Positions 31,222 through 40,114 of a DNA stretch of 64,000 bases are shown in pieces (position 1 is the first letter of the stretch; each line of letters starts with the position of its first letter). Both the position numbers and the translations under genes were made by a program. The notes beneath the pieces are model-generated. The model had not been told where the DNA came from. It worked only from the letters and a program-made list of their open reading frames with translations, and did no database searches. Origin of the DNA: a virus; the IMG/VR virus record IMGVR_UViG_3300043466_001817, positions 1-64,000 of that record, one strand, 5' to 3'.

Positions 31222-32363
31222 CCTCTAAAACAGTACAAGTTATTCTAGAAAAAGTGTATGAAAAGTCTGGTTTAGGTAAATGGTTCAATAAAGAATCTGC
31301 TGGCGGTGGTCCGGGATGGGATCGTTATAATACCAAAGGCGAGAGAGTTGGCAAGTGTGGTGATGCTGATGAAGGTGATCCTTATTCTGCTTGCTTGAGC
31401 AGACAAAAAGCAGATAAATTGGGCAAAGATGGAATATCTTCTTTCGTTCGTCGCAAGAGAGCAGCACAAAAGAAGGCAGGAAGAGGTAAGAAGGGAACTT
31501 CTGAAAAAAAGGGAAAGAAACCAATCTTTGTAAAAACCGGGGCATCTGAAGTAAAGGAATCATTTGATACTTTTATTGCAGAAAGTGTATCTGGTGTATT
31601 TAAAATGGAATATTCACCAATTGAGGCAAAAGATCTTTTGCCGTGTGATTTAATCATAAATGAATCTGGTCAAGTTTTTGAAGTAGATTCTTTAGAATTG
31701 AATGAACAAAATTGGATTGTAACCATGTCTGATGAATATGGTCAACAACATCAAGAAACATTTTTACCAGAAACAACAATGGGATTCATTGACAATCTGG
31801 AAGAATTGATGGAAGAAGAATGTGGTGAACAACTTGAACTATTTGAAGATGATAAGAAGAAAGTCAAGTTGAATAAGATCATGCGTGGAGATGTCAAGAA
31901 GTACAAGGTTTATGTAAAAAATGACAAAGGCAATGTAGTCAAAGTAAACTTTGGTGATCCAAACATGGAAATCAAGAGAGATGATCCTGCACGCAGAAAG
32001 AACTTCCGTGCTCGCCACAACTGCGATAATCCAGGACCAAGATGGAAGGCTCGTTATTGGGCTTGCAAGACATGGAGTTCACAAACAGTAACTTCAATGT
32101 TGAAGGAAGGCGTAGATCTCACAGAAGAAAAGAAAAACAAACCAAAGAGTTCTAAAAAGTGGAATTCTTGCATTGCCCAAGCCAAGGCAAAGTTTGATGT
32201 ATATCCAAGTGCATATGCCAATGCATGGGCCGCCAAATGCTATAAAGGCAAGGGTGGAAAGTGGAAGAAAGTAAATGAAGGAGTGGTTCAAGATATCCTT
32301 GAATCATTTGAAAATTTAGAGTATAACCCAAATCTTTGGGGTCACCTAGACAATTCTAAATAA
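31212..32363 (+). CDS. Multi-module basic T4-like phage protein (DUF6321-/DUF5872-like modules)
   Basis: GLGKWF.E...W module; KVNFGDPNMEIKRDDPARRKNFRARHNC...ARYWAC; KAKFDVYPSAYANAWAAKCYK.KGGKW. Confidence 0.7.
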   Translation: MEMTSKTVQVILEKVYEKSGLGKWFNKESAGGGPGWDRYNTKGERVGKCGDADEGDPYSACLSRQKADKLGKDGISSFVRRKRAAQKKAGRGKKGTSEKKGKKPIFVKTGASEVKESFDTFIAESVSGVFKMEYSPIEAKDLLPCDLIINESGQVFEVDSLELNEQNWIVTMSDEYGQQHQETFLPETTMGFIDNLEELMEEECGEQLELFEDDKKKVKLNKIMRGDVKKYKVYVKNDKGNVVKVNFGDPNMEIKRDDPARRKNFRARHNCDNPGPRWKARYWACKTWSSQTVTSMLKEGVDLTEEKKNKPKSSKKWNSCIAQAKAKFDVYPSAYANAWAAKCYKGKGGKWKKVNEGVVQDILESFENLEYNPNLWGHLDNSK

Positions 32364-32373
32364 AAGGGAAGCC

Positions 32374-32934
32374 ATGAAATTCAAACAACTATTATCAAAA
32401 ATTGAATCGCTACAAGAAAATGCACCAGAACAAACTTTTGGTGGCGGTCTCTACATTGGAGATCCGAATGCCCCAAAAAATCAAAGTCCACTCACCAACA
32501 AAGGAACTTTTAATCTAAAACTTCCTTACTCAGTTGATGCAATCAATGCAATGTTGGCTGCAATGTCATCTAAAGATTACATTGATCCATCTGAAATGTT
32601 GGGTGTAGTAAAGCAAAAATTAAATCACTTTGGTTTAGATTTCTGCACAAAAAGACAAAATGAATTGTTTAGCGGTGATGGTTTGACCCAATTCCCACTA
32701 GTTCAATATGGTAGCACACAATTGGGCGTCTATGGTCAAAATCCATATGATGATATCAATGTAAAGGGATTCAAGCAAGGTGATGGAATCACAGAAAAGT
32801 TAGGACACGGACTATCTTTGACTGTCAGCATCCAAAAGAATCCAAATGGCTTAAGAAGAATGAACATGATTATCGTACCATCAGAGAGCGATCCAGAGAT
32901 CGCAGGTGAATCTGACTGTGGCTGTATGCACTGA
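32374..32934 (+). CDS. Hypothetical late protein
   Basis: MKFKQLLSKIE N-terminus; CTAAATA upstream. Confidence 0.7.
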   Translation: MKFKQLLSKIESLQENAPEQTFGGGLYIGDPNAPKNQSPLTNKGTFNLKLPYSVDAINAMLAAMSSKDYIDPSEMLGVVKQKLNHFGLDFCTKRQNELFSGDGLTQFPLVQYGSTQLGVYGQNPYDDINVKGFKQGDGITEKLGHGLSLTVSIQKNPNGLRRMNMIIVPSESDPEIAGESDCGCMH

Positions 32935-32941
32935 TAAACTA

Positions 32942-33337
32942 ATGAAAGATAAACTAACCTTGACAGAAGATAATTTTTTAGATTTCTGTCAAGGTTGTTA
33001 TTTTAATCCAGAATGCTCTGGAAAAAATGAATTTGTAGATGATTTGAAGAGAATAAAGTACATAAAGAGACTTTTGCAGAAGATTCATAAACATAAAACT
33101 TTGAAATCAATAAGAGAAAGATTGATTTTAAACCATCTCATAATTTTGAGAAATGTATTCGGTGAGGAAAATTCCTGCCGAATTTTATTTTTTAAACTTG
33201 AGCCAAAATTGCATTCTTATTTGAAATCTTTTCTGGTTTATCTTGAATTCAGTGTCAAGAACGTTCCAGAAGTAAATTATTCATTATTGAATACAGATCC
33301 CAGAGTTGACAGAAAACTCTCTTTGGCTGAAAACTAA
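32942..33337 (+). CDS. Conserved T4-like phage hypothetical protein
   Basis: Y.NP.C...EF.DDLKRIKYIKRLL...RLILNHLIIL.NVFG, a motif typical of marine and freshwater T4-like phages. Confidence 0.75.
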   Translation: MKDKLTLTEDNFLDFCQGCYFNPECSGKNEFVDDLKRIKYIKRLLQKIHKHKTLKSIRERLILNHLIILRNVFGEENSCRILFFKLEPKLHSYLKSFLVYLEFSVKNVPEVNYSLLNTDPRVDRKLSLAEN

Positions 33338-33346
33338 ATATTTTTG

Positions 33347-35197
33347 ATGCTTTCCAGTAATCTAGTATCCTCGTTTTACTTCAATAACTTTGCAGCAGCA
33401 ATTTCTGAGCCATTCACATCTTTAAATGCATATCGTGCAGGGGTCATAGACCAAGATGGGAACATTCTAAAGCCAGAAAGCAGCATAGATCCATTTGAAT
33501 ATTTGGTAATAAAATTAAAGAAGATCATTGCTGAACTTCCTTATGGTGTGACCAAATCAAAATTAAGTTCATACATTCCTGCTCTTCAATATTTTTCTGA
33601 AGAAGCAGCATCATTTGGTATTGATAAAGAACAAATGGACCTATTGATTGAGGGATTCATAACAGTAGAATCAAACGGAAATGCCAGTTATCTTGAATTG
33701 AAAGAAGACATGGCCTCGGGGAACTTAGGCGGGCCTGCTTCATCACCGACTCAAAATACTGGCTCTGTAACTGGTTTTGATCCACCTCTTGGCGGAATGT
33801 TCAGAAGAAAGCCACAACAATCTGTATTGGGATTTGAGAAGCAATCATGTGAGATGTATGATGTATGCCCAGAAGATTTTGATCTATACTCAAATCCAAA
33901 TATAAAATCTTGGGATGAAATTGAAGATAGTCCAACAAAGAGATTGATGCAAAGATCTCAAAGAAGAAATGGTGGATCAACAATCGTTATTCGTGATATT
34001 GGATCCAATCGTTATCATAAATTAAATTTGGCTCCAAGAAACATTTCAAAGATGTTTGAGGATGTAGATTTGTCAATATTTAAAACTGTATTATCTGAAG
34101 AACAAGCAGCAACAGTTGCATTTCAAGATAATTCGTCTCAAAGAGAAACAAACGTGGCAGTTCAAACAAATAATCAGGAAAGAAGAGAATTAAAAAACCC
34201 TCAACATGTAAAAAAAATGGCTGAAGGCCATTTATTAAACATAATGGGAACTATTAAATCTCAATCAAAAAATGAAGCATTGAGAAGTCATGCTGCTTTA
34301 CATGAAATTCGAACAAGAATGGCAATGACTTTAATTGGTATGCATGATTCTGCTTTAGATGATGAAGGTTCAAGACAAGGAATTGCACAAGATTATTTTG
34401 AACAAATATCAGAGCCGTCATACGTTAGCAAAGCCATAAGTGCTCCCGGAAAAGATTTTATAGCATATTCCAGAAATGCTCGTAAAAATGAATCAGGAAA
34501 ATATGAATTTGTAGCAGGTGAAACTAAACATAGACCATCTGGAAGAATATCAATTCCAACTAAACCAATTTTAAGTGCTTATGATACAGATATTGACAGA
34601 GAAATAGCACAAACTACATTTGAACGCGGACATTCATTTTCTGAACGTGGATCTGGATCTTCTTCGATAAGACCTACTGGAAAAACTAAAGAATTGTGGA
34701 ATGTAATTGCACAAGAACCAATTAAAAAATTAATGGGAGGTCTTGCAGAAACAGAAATAGGAAGAGGAACTATACCACACTCATTGAGTGTGTCTGGTGG
34801 ATTTAATCCAGTATTAGTACATGGTTCTGGTGTATTAGATTTTGCCCATTATCTAGCAACTCATAAATCTAAACAAGGGAATGTTGGTATTAGAACTATA
34901 AGACCTACTAGTTCACCATCAAGAGTTCAAACGGAATTTGGTGATGTTAAAATTCCTGAACAGATGGCTCACTTATTAGACTCGGTTCGCAAACAAAATC
35001 AAAGACAAATAATTGTAGACGACAAGCACATTAAACATCTAAGAAATAGAATGTTAGGTGATAATCCTACAGAAGAGCATAAATCCGATGTAGATGCTAT
35101 AATTGGAGACTGGACAAAAGAAATGTCATTAGGTGGTTTCTATAAACCAAACAGAGAAATTGCTCTAACAGGATCACAAATATCCGAAGTACTATAA
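33347..35197 (+). CDS. Hypothetical late protein
   Basis: PF...AYRAGVIDQDGNILK N-terminal motif common in T4-like phages; ACTAAATA upstream. Confidence 0.7.
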   Translation: MLSSNLVSSFYFNNFAAAISEPFTSLNAYRAGVIDQDGNILKPESSIDPFEYLVIKLKKIIAELPYGVTKSKLSSYIPALQYFSEEAASFGIDKEQMDLLIEGFITVESNGNASYLELKEDMASGNLGGPASSPTQNTGSVTGFDPPLGGMFRRKPQQSVLGFEKQSCEMYDVCPEDFDLYSNPNIKSWDEIEDSPTKRLMQRSQRRNGGSTIVIRDIGSNRYHKLNLAPRNISKMFEDVDLSIFKTVLSEEQAATVAFQDNSSQRETNVAVQTNNQERRELKNPQHVKKMAEGHLLNIMGTIKSQSKNEALRSHAALHEIRTRMAMTLIGMHDSALDDEGSRQGIAQDYFEQISEPSYVSKAISAPGKDFIAYSRNARKNESGKYEFVAGETKHRPSGRISIPTKPILSAYDTDIDREIAQTTFERGHSFSERGSGSSSIRPTGKTKELWNVIAQEPIKKLMGGLAETEIGRGTIPHSLSVSGGFNPVLVHGSGVLDFAHYLATHKSKQGNVGIRTIRPTSSPSRVQTEFGDVKIPEQMAHLLDSVRKQNQRQIIVDDKHIKHLRNRMLGDNPTEEHKSDVDAIIGDWTKEMSLGGFYKPNREIALTGSQISEVL

Positions 35198-35419
35198 TTA
35201 CTCCTGAATAAACTGCTGACCTTCATTCATATTGTTTTTGCCTACTGCTTCTCTTGCTTCTCTGACAATTTTGTCGTTACAATCATTAAATCCACTTTTG
35301 TATTCATAGAACATGGTATCTGACCAGTCTACTGGCTTTACATAAGGACGGTCTTTGCCAGCATATCTGTCATTCCAGCCCATATTGTAATGCTTGCCGG
35401 GGATATATCCTTCGTTCAT
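35198..35419 (-). CDS. Hypothetical protein
   Basis: 73-aa ORF in a minus-strand operon. Confidence 0.6.
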   Translation of the reverse strand: MNEGYIPGKHYNMGWNDRYAGKDRPYVKPVDWSDTMFYEYKSGFNDCNDKIVREAREAVGKNNMNEGQQFIQE

Positions 35420-35829
35420 TTTTCATCCTTTGGAAAATCTGTAATGAATGGATTCATGCTGTTGAGAATCTTGTCAAGAGTTTTGACATAAGCATACTGT
35501 TCAGTGATGTTAAGATAACCACGAATCTCTAGTAGTCTCTGATAATCATCAGGCATGATTACAGTTCTTGAGACCTTCATGTTTGGATTTTGACGAGGCC
35601 GTCTCTTATTGTTCATTGGCCTCTTGTTTTGAGAATCAATATTTCCAAACATCTTCATGATGTCATCATATGACATGTAGTTAGATGCGTTGTCTTTCTG
35701 CATCTTATTCCAGTCTTCCCACATGTTCTTAAACTTATCGTTGAATGGTCCCATATAGAAAAAGCCATCATCTGGACGCTCAGGACCAAAGTTTTCAAAA
35801 TCATCGTTGTTTGAATTATTGTCTCTCAT
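35416..35829 (-). CDS. Hypothetical protein
   Basis: Start reassigned to 35829 (AAGGA SD upstream). Confidence 0.6.
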   Translation of the reverse strand: MRDNNSNNDDFENFGPERPDDGFFYMGPFNDKFKNMWEDWNKMQKDNASNYMSYDDIMKMFGNIDSQNKRPMNNKRRPRQNPNMKVSRTVIMPDDYQRLLEIRGYLNITEQYAYVKTLDKILNSMNPFITDFPKDEK

Positions 35830-36136
35830 TGTTATCCTTTTGGTTGATGTCGAAGAACTGCTCGTACAGTACCTTGCCACGATTGTCTGTGACAGATAGG
35901 TATCTGATATGGCGCTCCACTGCGTCAGTAATGCTCAGTGCGTCGTTTGGACCAAATGAGATGTGCTTGATCCAAGCAGGATTCCCACCGATGGAGATCC
36001 GAACTTCATGACCATCTGCATTGGTTCCGAAGAAATCAAATGAAAAATTATCACCAGTAAAGTAAGTGAAGAAGCAATCGACATCATCGTACTTCTTGCG
36101 GACCTGATCTAAGGTCAATGTATTTGACTTAACCAT
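35816..36136 (-). CDS. Hypothetical protein
   Basis: 106-aa ORF overlapping its neighbours. Confidence 0.65.
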   Translation of the reverse strand: MVKSNTLTLDQVRKKYDDVDCFFTYFTGDNFSFDFFGTNADGHEVRISIGGNPAWIKHISFGPNDALSITDAVERHIRYLSVTDNRGKVLYEQFFDINQKDNNERQ

Positions 36137-36302
36137 TTGGTAGTCTCTTTAGCTTGACTGATAGAGGAAGTTGGCCAATCTCGTCAAGCTTACGAAGAGT
36201 TCCAACCTTAGCGTTCATGAGTTCCCGTGCACGAACACGCTTCTTGCGCTCATGACGACGCTTGTTCTTACGACTTAGAATACGCTGTTTTGAATTAGGC
36301 AT
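36129..36302 (-). CDS. Small very basic protein
   Basis: Arg/Lys-rich 57-aa ORF with AGGAG SD. Confidence 0.55.
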   Translation of the reverse strand: MPNSKQRILSRKNKRRHERKKRVRARELMNAKVGTLRKLDEIGQLPLSVKLKRLPNG

Positions 36303-36324
36303 AAAAATATACACTCCTTATTAT

Positions 36325-36735
36325 TTATTCGTCAATTAGGTTGAGTCTGGATTCAATATCATCAAGACGATCATTGATCTCAAGGATATTATCGTTTTGC
36401 TGGGCCTTGATCTGTTGTTCAAGACTTCTTATAATTTTGTTCTGAAGTTCCAGTGCATCTGCATAATACTTCAGATTAGACTCCATAGTCTTAATTTTTT
36501 GCCACAAACCATTGATTTGCTCGGTGAGTTTATGGCTCATGCTTTCATCATAGGTATAATTGTAACTCTTATTCATGGTCTTATTTTTCCAATCAATTTC
36601 AGACATATCAAGTTTTACTGGTTTAGTTTTATAAGCCGCTTTTTTAATTTCTTCTTTTATAACAGATTCTATTTCAATATCAATATCGGCTAGAAGATCT
36701 TCTTCAAGAATTGGATCAGTTTGATTTTTATCCAT
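36325..36735 (-). CDS. Hypothetical coiled-coil protein
   Basis: TTGACA...TATACT promoter 6 nt before the ATG. Confidence 0.6.
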   Translation of the reverse strand: MDKNQTDPILEEDLLADIDIEIESVIKEEIKKAAYKTKPVKLDMSEIDWKNKTMNKSYNYTYDESMSHKLTEQINGLWQKIKTMESNLKYYADALELQNKIIRSLEQQIKAQQNDNILEINDRLDDIESRLNLIDE

Positions 36736-36775
36736 GCACATAGTATACACTGTAATCAGCAGTTGTCAAATAACA

Positions 36776-37113
36776 ACACCCCTTTCGGGGTGCGGGTCGA
36801 TTCAGATGCGGGAGACCAAACCCCACTGCTTCAAGCAGCCATTGCCATAGGTGCGGCAATCAATTTTTGCAACGGTTTATTTACGACACTTGTTACCCGT
36901 GTCGGGCATCTCCTTCTTCAATACTCTGCGCCAATCGAAGCCAGTTCAGCCCCTAGATCCCGAAGCCTAGGACTTCGGGGATTGCCCCCTGCAAGAGGAC
37001 TTGACTCGCCATCTCTAATAGATTTGCAGAATCTATTTCGGTTAGGCTAATGGAGCCGAGGGGAATCGAACCCCTGTGTTGTTCGCATTTCTATCCGATA
37101 TCAACAATACCAA
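36776..37113 (-). ncRNA. ssrA: Circularly permuted (two-piece) tmRNA
   Basis: Acceptor piece first (T-arm AGGGG-TTCGATT-CCCCT, then CGGCTCC-A ending at 37051), 97-nt intervening segment, then coding piece starting GGGGCTG at 36953. G3:U70 pair, pk1, and tag frame 36857-36831 reading AAPMAMAA-stop. Confidence 0.9.
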
Positions 37114-37187
37114 TTAGGTAGAATGGATTTGAACCATCAACCTTCTCGACCCAAACGAGACGCGCTACCAAATTGCGCTACTACCTA
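37114..37187 (-). tRNA. tRNA-Pro(TGG)
   Basis: Cloverleaf; anticodon arm tctcg-tt-TGG-gt-cgaga; no encoded CCA. Confidence 0.9.
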
Positions 37188-37201
37188 GTACAAACTTATT
37201 T

Positions 37202-37285
37202 AGACAGTGATATGGGACTTGAACCCATTATCCAGCTTTGTCGGTCAATTTTAATAGACCGTTTTACGCTGGTACATCTCTTGTC
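37202..37285 (-). ncRNA. tRNA-like RNA (T-arm and acceptor-like stem, no D-arm)
   Basis: atggg-TTCAAGT-cccat T-arm, GACA/TGTC ends, nested ccagc/gctgg and cggtc/gaccg helices. Confidence 0.55.
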
Positions 37286-37925
37286 AAGACTGCTTGTTCC
37301 CACCAAGCGGATCACTGGTTTTTTCTATATCGTAATAATATTTGTCATCATCACCACTAAGAATCCATCTATCGCTTTTATCTTCGCATCTATAAATTTT
37401 ATCATCAACTTTGTAATCTGGATTTTCTGGAAATGGTTTAGTCGTGAAAGACATTTCTTTCCAAAAAATTCTATTGTTTGGTTGTAAGGTATAATTTCCA
37501 TTATCAAGTTCAATCATATGAAGGCATTTGTATTGACTTGGTTCATCGCTGTAAGGGTTGTCATACCAATCAAATGTCATCATATAATTTCCCCAACAAC
37601 TAGTTTTATCTTTAAAAATTACTTTTGCCCTTGCTCCATTTAAGTAATCATAAGAAATTACAGTTGACTTAATTGAAAAGCAATCCCATAGTTGAAGCAA
37701 ATCCAATTGCTGAATTTCACATGGTTTGCTGCAAAGTTTATTAATTGGAACTCTACTTCTTATTGTTCCATTATCAAGCATCACATTAAATAACATTGCT
37801 CTGCTTGGGCTTGATTGAGCTCCAAACACAGTTACCTTTTCATATTCACCTTTAAAATTTTTATCTTGATAAAGATGTTCTTTTCTTAATAAACAATAAA
37901 AGTGTGGTATGTTAAGATTATACAT
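37284..37925 (-). CDS. Conserved phage hypothetical protein
   Basis: LQLWDCFS and LDNGNY.LQPNNRI.W motifs. Start reassigned so it does not overlap tRNA-Tyr. Confidence 0.75.
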   Translation of the reverse strand: MYNLNIPHFYCLLRKEHLYQDKNFKGEYEKVTVFGAQSSPSRAMLFNVMLDNGTIRSRVPINKLCSKPCEIQQLDLLQLWDCFSIKSTVISYDYLNGARAKVIFKDKTSCWGNYMMTFDWYDNPYSDEPSQYKCLHMIELDNGNYTLQPNNRIFWKEMSFTTKPFPENPDYKVDDKIYRCEDKSDRWILSGDDDKYYYDIEKTSDPLGGNKQS

Positions 37926-37928
37926 GAA

Positions 37929-38011
37929 TGCGAGCGGAGGGATTCGAACCTTCGTAGACAAAAGTCAGCAGATTTACAGTCTGCCCTCGTTGACCGCTTG
38001 AGTACACTCGC
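37929..38011 (-). tRNA. tRNA-Tyr(GTA)
   Basis: gcaga-ct-GTA-aa-tctgc anticodon arm; long variable arm. Confidence 0.93.
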
Positions 38012-38016
38012 TTAAA

Positions 38017-38139
38017 TCGGGCATTGAATCCTTTTTCCAGCCCTGATCAAGGTCTGGGAAGTATAATGCTAGCCCTGCGCGTTCTTCTACGGTATCCCGC
38101 GCCCCACCGCTGATTGCTGCAGGGTATCAGTTATCCCGA
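38017..38139 (-). ncRNA. Putative structured ncRNA (strand assumed from the neighbouring tRNA)
   Basis: GC-rich island with closing tcggg/cccga and internal ccctgc/gcaggg, gcgcg/cgcgc, gcatt/aatgc and ccag...ctgg helices. Confidence 0.4.
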
Positions 38140-38157
38140 GCAGCTTAATAGTTCTGA

Positions 38158-38292
38158 TTATTTAGTCTTCTTTTTTGAATTTTTCTTGGATTTCTTCTTA
38201 CCAAAAATTGCTTCAAAATTTTTACCATATTGTTCCATATTTACAGGGCGGGGAGAACTTCCTTTGCCTGCACCATGTGATCCATAATCCAT
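38158..38292 (-). CDS. Small conserved phage peptide (44 aa; not in the ORF track)
   Basis: MDYGSHGAGKGSSPRPVNMEQYGKNFEAIFGKKK...; GKGSxPRP...Y..N...IF motif. Confidence 0.7.
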   Translation of the reverse strand: MDYGSHGAGKGSSPRPVNMEQYGKNFEAIFGKKKSKKNSKKKTK

Positions 38293-38338
38293 GCCACCAT
38301 TATGGCACGTAGAAATGCTTTGTCAACTAAATATTCAT

Positions 38339-39106
38339 ATGAAGAACAATAAAGGCTATTACAGTTGGATCCACTCTATGAAAAACGCTGCCTTGGAATC
38401 TCACTTCAAGGGTCGTGAAATGATCAATGAAGCTAAAAAAAGAACAGATGATAATTCTGATTCCGAAGATAGATATGATCCAAAAATTGCCGCTGAATTG
38501 GCCAAATTAAGACAAGAAAGAGCCGGGCAATTTACTTCAGAACTAGAAAGATCTAGACGTGCAGAAGAAGCCCAAAAAGCAGAAGCTATGCGTCCATTAT
38601 CTTTAGATGTAGAAGGGGCCGAAGAACTTCCAGATGTAGGCATACAGGCTCATAGAAGAGCCATGCGAAAAGATTTAGGAGTAGAAGATTTAAATGGTGA
38701 TGGAGTAAAAGATGCCAATGATGTTGTTGCTGATGGACAAGACGGCGTAATGGGCAATCAAAGAATTCCTGCTGGATTACCAAAAGCCCAGTGGGCAGCG
38801 GCCAGAGGCATTCAAGGCACCAAAGGATTGGGAGAAATTCCAGGAACCCATCAAGCATTGAGAGATCTCACATTGGCTTTGGATATGAGATCAAAGGGTG
38901 AACACGGAGAGCTTTCAAAGTATCACAAACAATTATTAAAGATTCACGATCAAGCCGCAAGAGATGCTTCAATTTCTAGAGAAAGAAATGTAAGAGCCGA
39001 TGCTGCTGCAGAGCATGCAGATGAAATGCTAGGAGCAGGACATGGCCCGCTAGGTCTCAGATTTGAAAGTGTCAATCAAAAGATTTCAAGATTGTTGAAT
39101 GGCTGA
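38339..39106 (+). CDS. Hypothetical late protein with DxNxDG Ca-binding-like loop
   Basis: ACTAAATA 5 nt before the ATG; DLNGDGVKDAND. Confidence 0.7.
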   Translation: MKNNKGYYSWIHSMKNAALESHFKGREMINEAKKRTDDNSDSEDRYDPKIAAELAKLRQERAGQFTSELERSRRAEEAQKAEAMRPLSLDVEGAEELPDVGIQAHRRAMRKDLGVEDLNGDGVKDANDVVADGQDGVMGNQRIPAGLPKAQWAAARGIQGTKGLGEIPGTHQALRDLTLALDMRSKGEHGELSKYHKQLLKIHDQAARDASISRERNVRADAAAEHADEMLGAGHGPLGLRFESVNQKISRLLNG

Positions 39107-39313
39107 TCAGAGATCTGGATAACCGATCTCTCTAGACCACTCCCATTCTTCCCATAACAATTTAGCAAATTCGTCGTCAGGGTCATGACGACGAATTTCT
39201 ATTTCTGCGATACCTTCAGCACAAATGTGAGCATCCATTTCCCACGAAAACCAACGCCACACATCCGGCTGCAGGATCTTGTTAGTGATCAGGCAGCGGA
39301 CTTCTTTTGACAT
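39107..39313 (-). CDS. Hypothetical protein
   Basis: 68-aa Trp-rich ORF. Confidence 0.55.
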   Translation of the reverse strand: MSKEVRCLITNKILQPDVWRWFSWEMDAHICAEGIAEIEIRRHDPDDEFAKLLWEEWEWSREIGYPDL

Positions 39314-39314
39314 G

Positions 39315-39563
39315 TTAATTCAATGTAAATGCAGTGCAACCAGCGGGTAGTGCTGCTGGTAGACCAAAAGGCTCTATTGGAAGGATATTTGGACCTTGTG
39401 GAAAGGTCAATGCTGTTTGGAATGTATTTCCGCTTCTATTTACAAAATAAAACGTAACTCCAGCAGCGGTGGCGCCAGTATTATTTACTAGAACGCCTTT
39501 GCACTTTAAAATTTTTGATCCATCTAAAGTTATTGGGTTTAATGAAAAGTATTTGTCGTACAT
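39315..39563 (-). CDS. Hypothetical late protein
   Basis: 82-aa ORF with ACTAAATA upstream. Confidence 0.6.
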   Translation of the reverse strand: MYDKYFSLNPITLDGSKILKCKGVLVNNTGATAAGVTFYFVNRSGNTFQTALTFPQGPNILPIEPFGLPAALPAGCTAFTLN

Positions 39564-39598
39564 GTTACAAATATTTAGTAATAGATAAATACTTTAAA

Positions 39599-39670
39599 TG
39601 CGGCTGGAGGGAATCGAACCCTCGTGACGGGTTTGGAAAACCCGCGTAATGGCCGTTATACGACAGCCGC
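39599..39670 (-). tRNA. tRNA-Gly(TCC)
   Basis: cgggt-tt-TCC-aa-acccg anticodon arm; GCGGCTG/CAGCCGC acceptor stem. Confidence 0.92.
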
Positions 39671-39682
39671 AGAAAGACAAAT

Positions 39683-39877
39683 ATGAAAAAGATCAATGAA
39701 GGTAATCTTTATAATGTTGAAACAAGTGAACCTAAAAAAGACAGAAGTAGCGAACTAGACAGTGTTACTAAAGTAATGATGGATCAATTTTGGGAGGCTA
39801 TGGGCAGACAGGGAGTAACCCCAAAAAAAGCCAAAATGATAGCCAAACAAACTTTTGCATCAGACATCAACACCTAG
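39683..39877 (+). CDS. Hypothetical protein
   Basis: 64-aa ORF. Confidence 0.45.
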   Translation: MKKINEGNLYNVETSEPKKDRSSELDSVTKVMMDQFWEAMGRQGVTPKKAKMIAKQTFASDINT

Positions 39878-40066
39878 AGCAAATTTTATCTTATTCATCT
39901 TATTTGCATCGAAATGCTCATCAAATTGCTTGATGAGTTTTTCTTTCATCTGGCAAAATTTATTGTATTCTTTGGTAGAAGCCTGATCATCGGTTTCCAT
40001 TCTACCAAGACGATACATAACATGCCCGTACTCATAAATCAGTTCTTCCAATTCACTGTTATTCAT
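39860..40066 (-). CDS. Hypothetical protein
   Basis: TTGACT...TATAAT promoter 6 nt before the ATG. Confidence 0.6.
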   Translation of the reverse strand: MNNSELEELIYEYGHVMYRLGRMETDDQASTKEYNKFCQMKEKLIKQFDEHFDANKMNKIKFALGVDV

Positions 40067-40114
40067 GCTAGTATTATAACACAAGTAAAACAATAGTCAA
40101 ATATAAATATCTAC

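Noticed and set aside
31600-31800. Intein/Hint domain (IEAKDLLPCDLI)
   Set aside because: No N-terminal Cys block or C-terminal HN motif, and the segment is too short.
36721-37487. Plus-strand ORFs 36721..37050 and 37173..37487
   Set aside because: Antisense to the tmRNA, tRNA-like RNA and a conserved CDS; no protein features.
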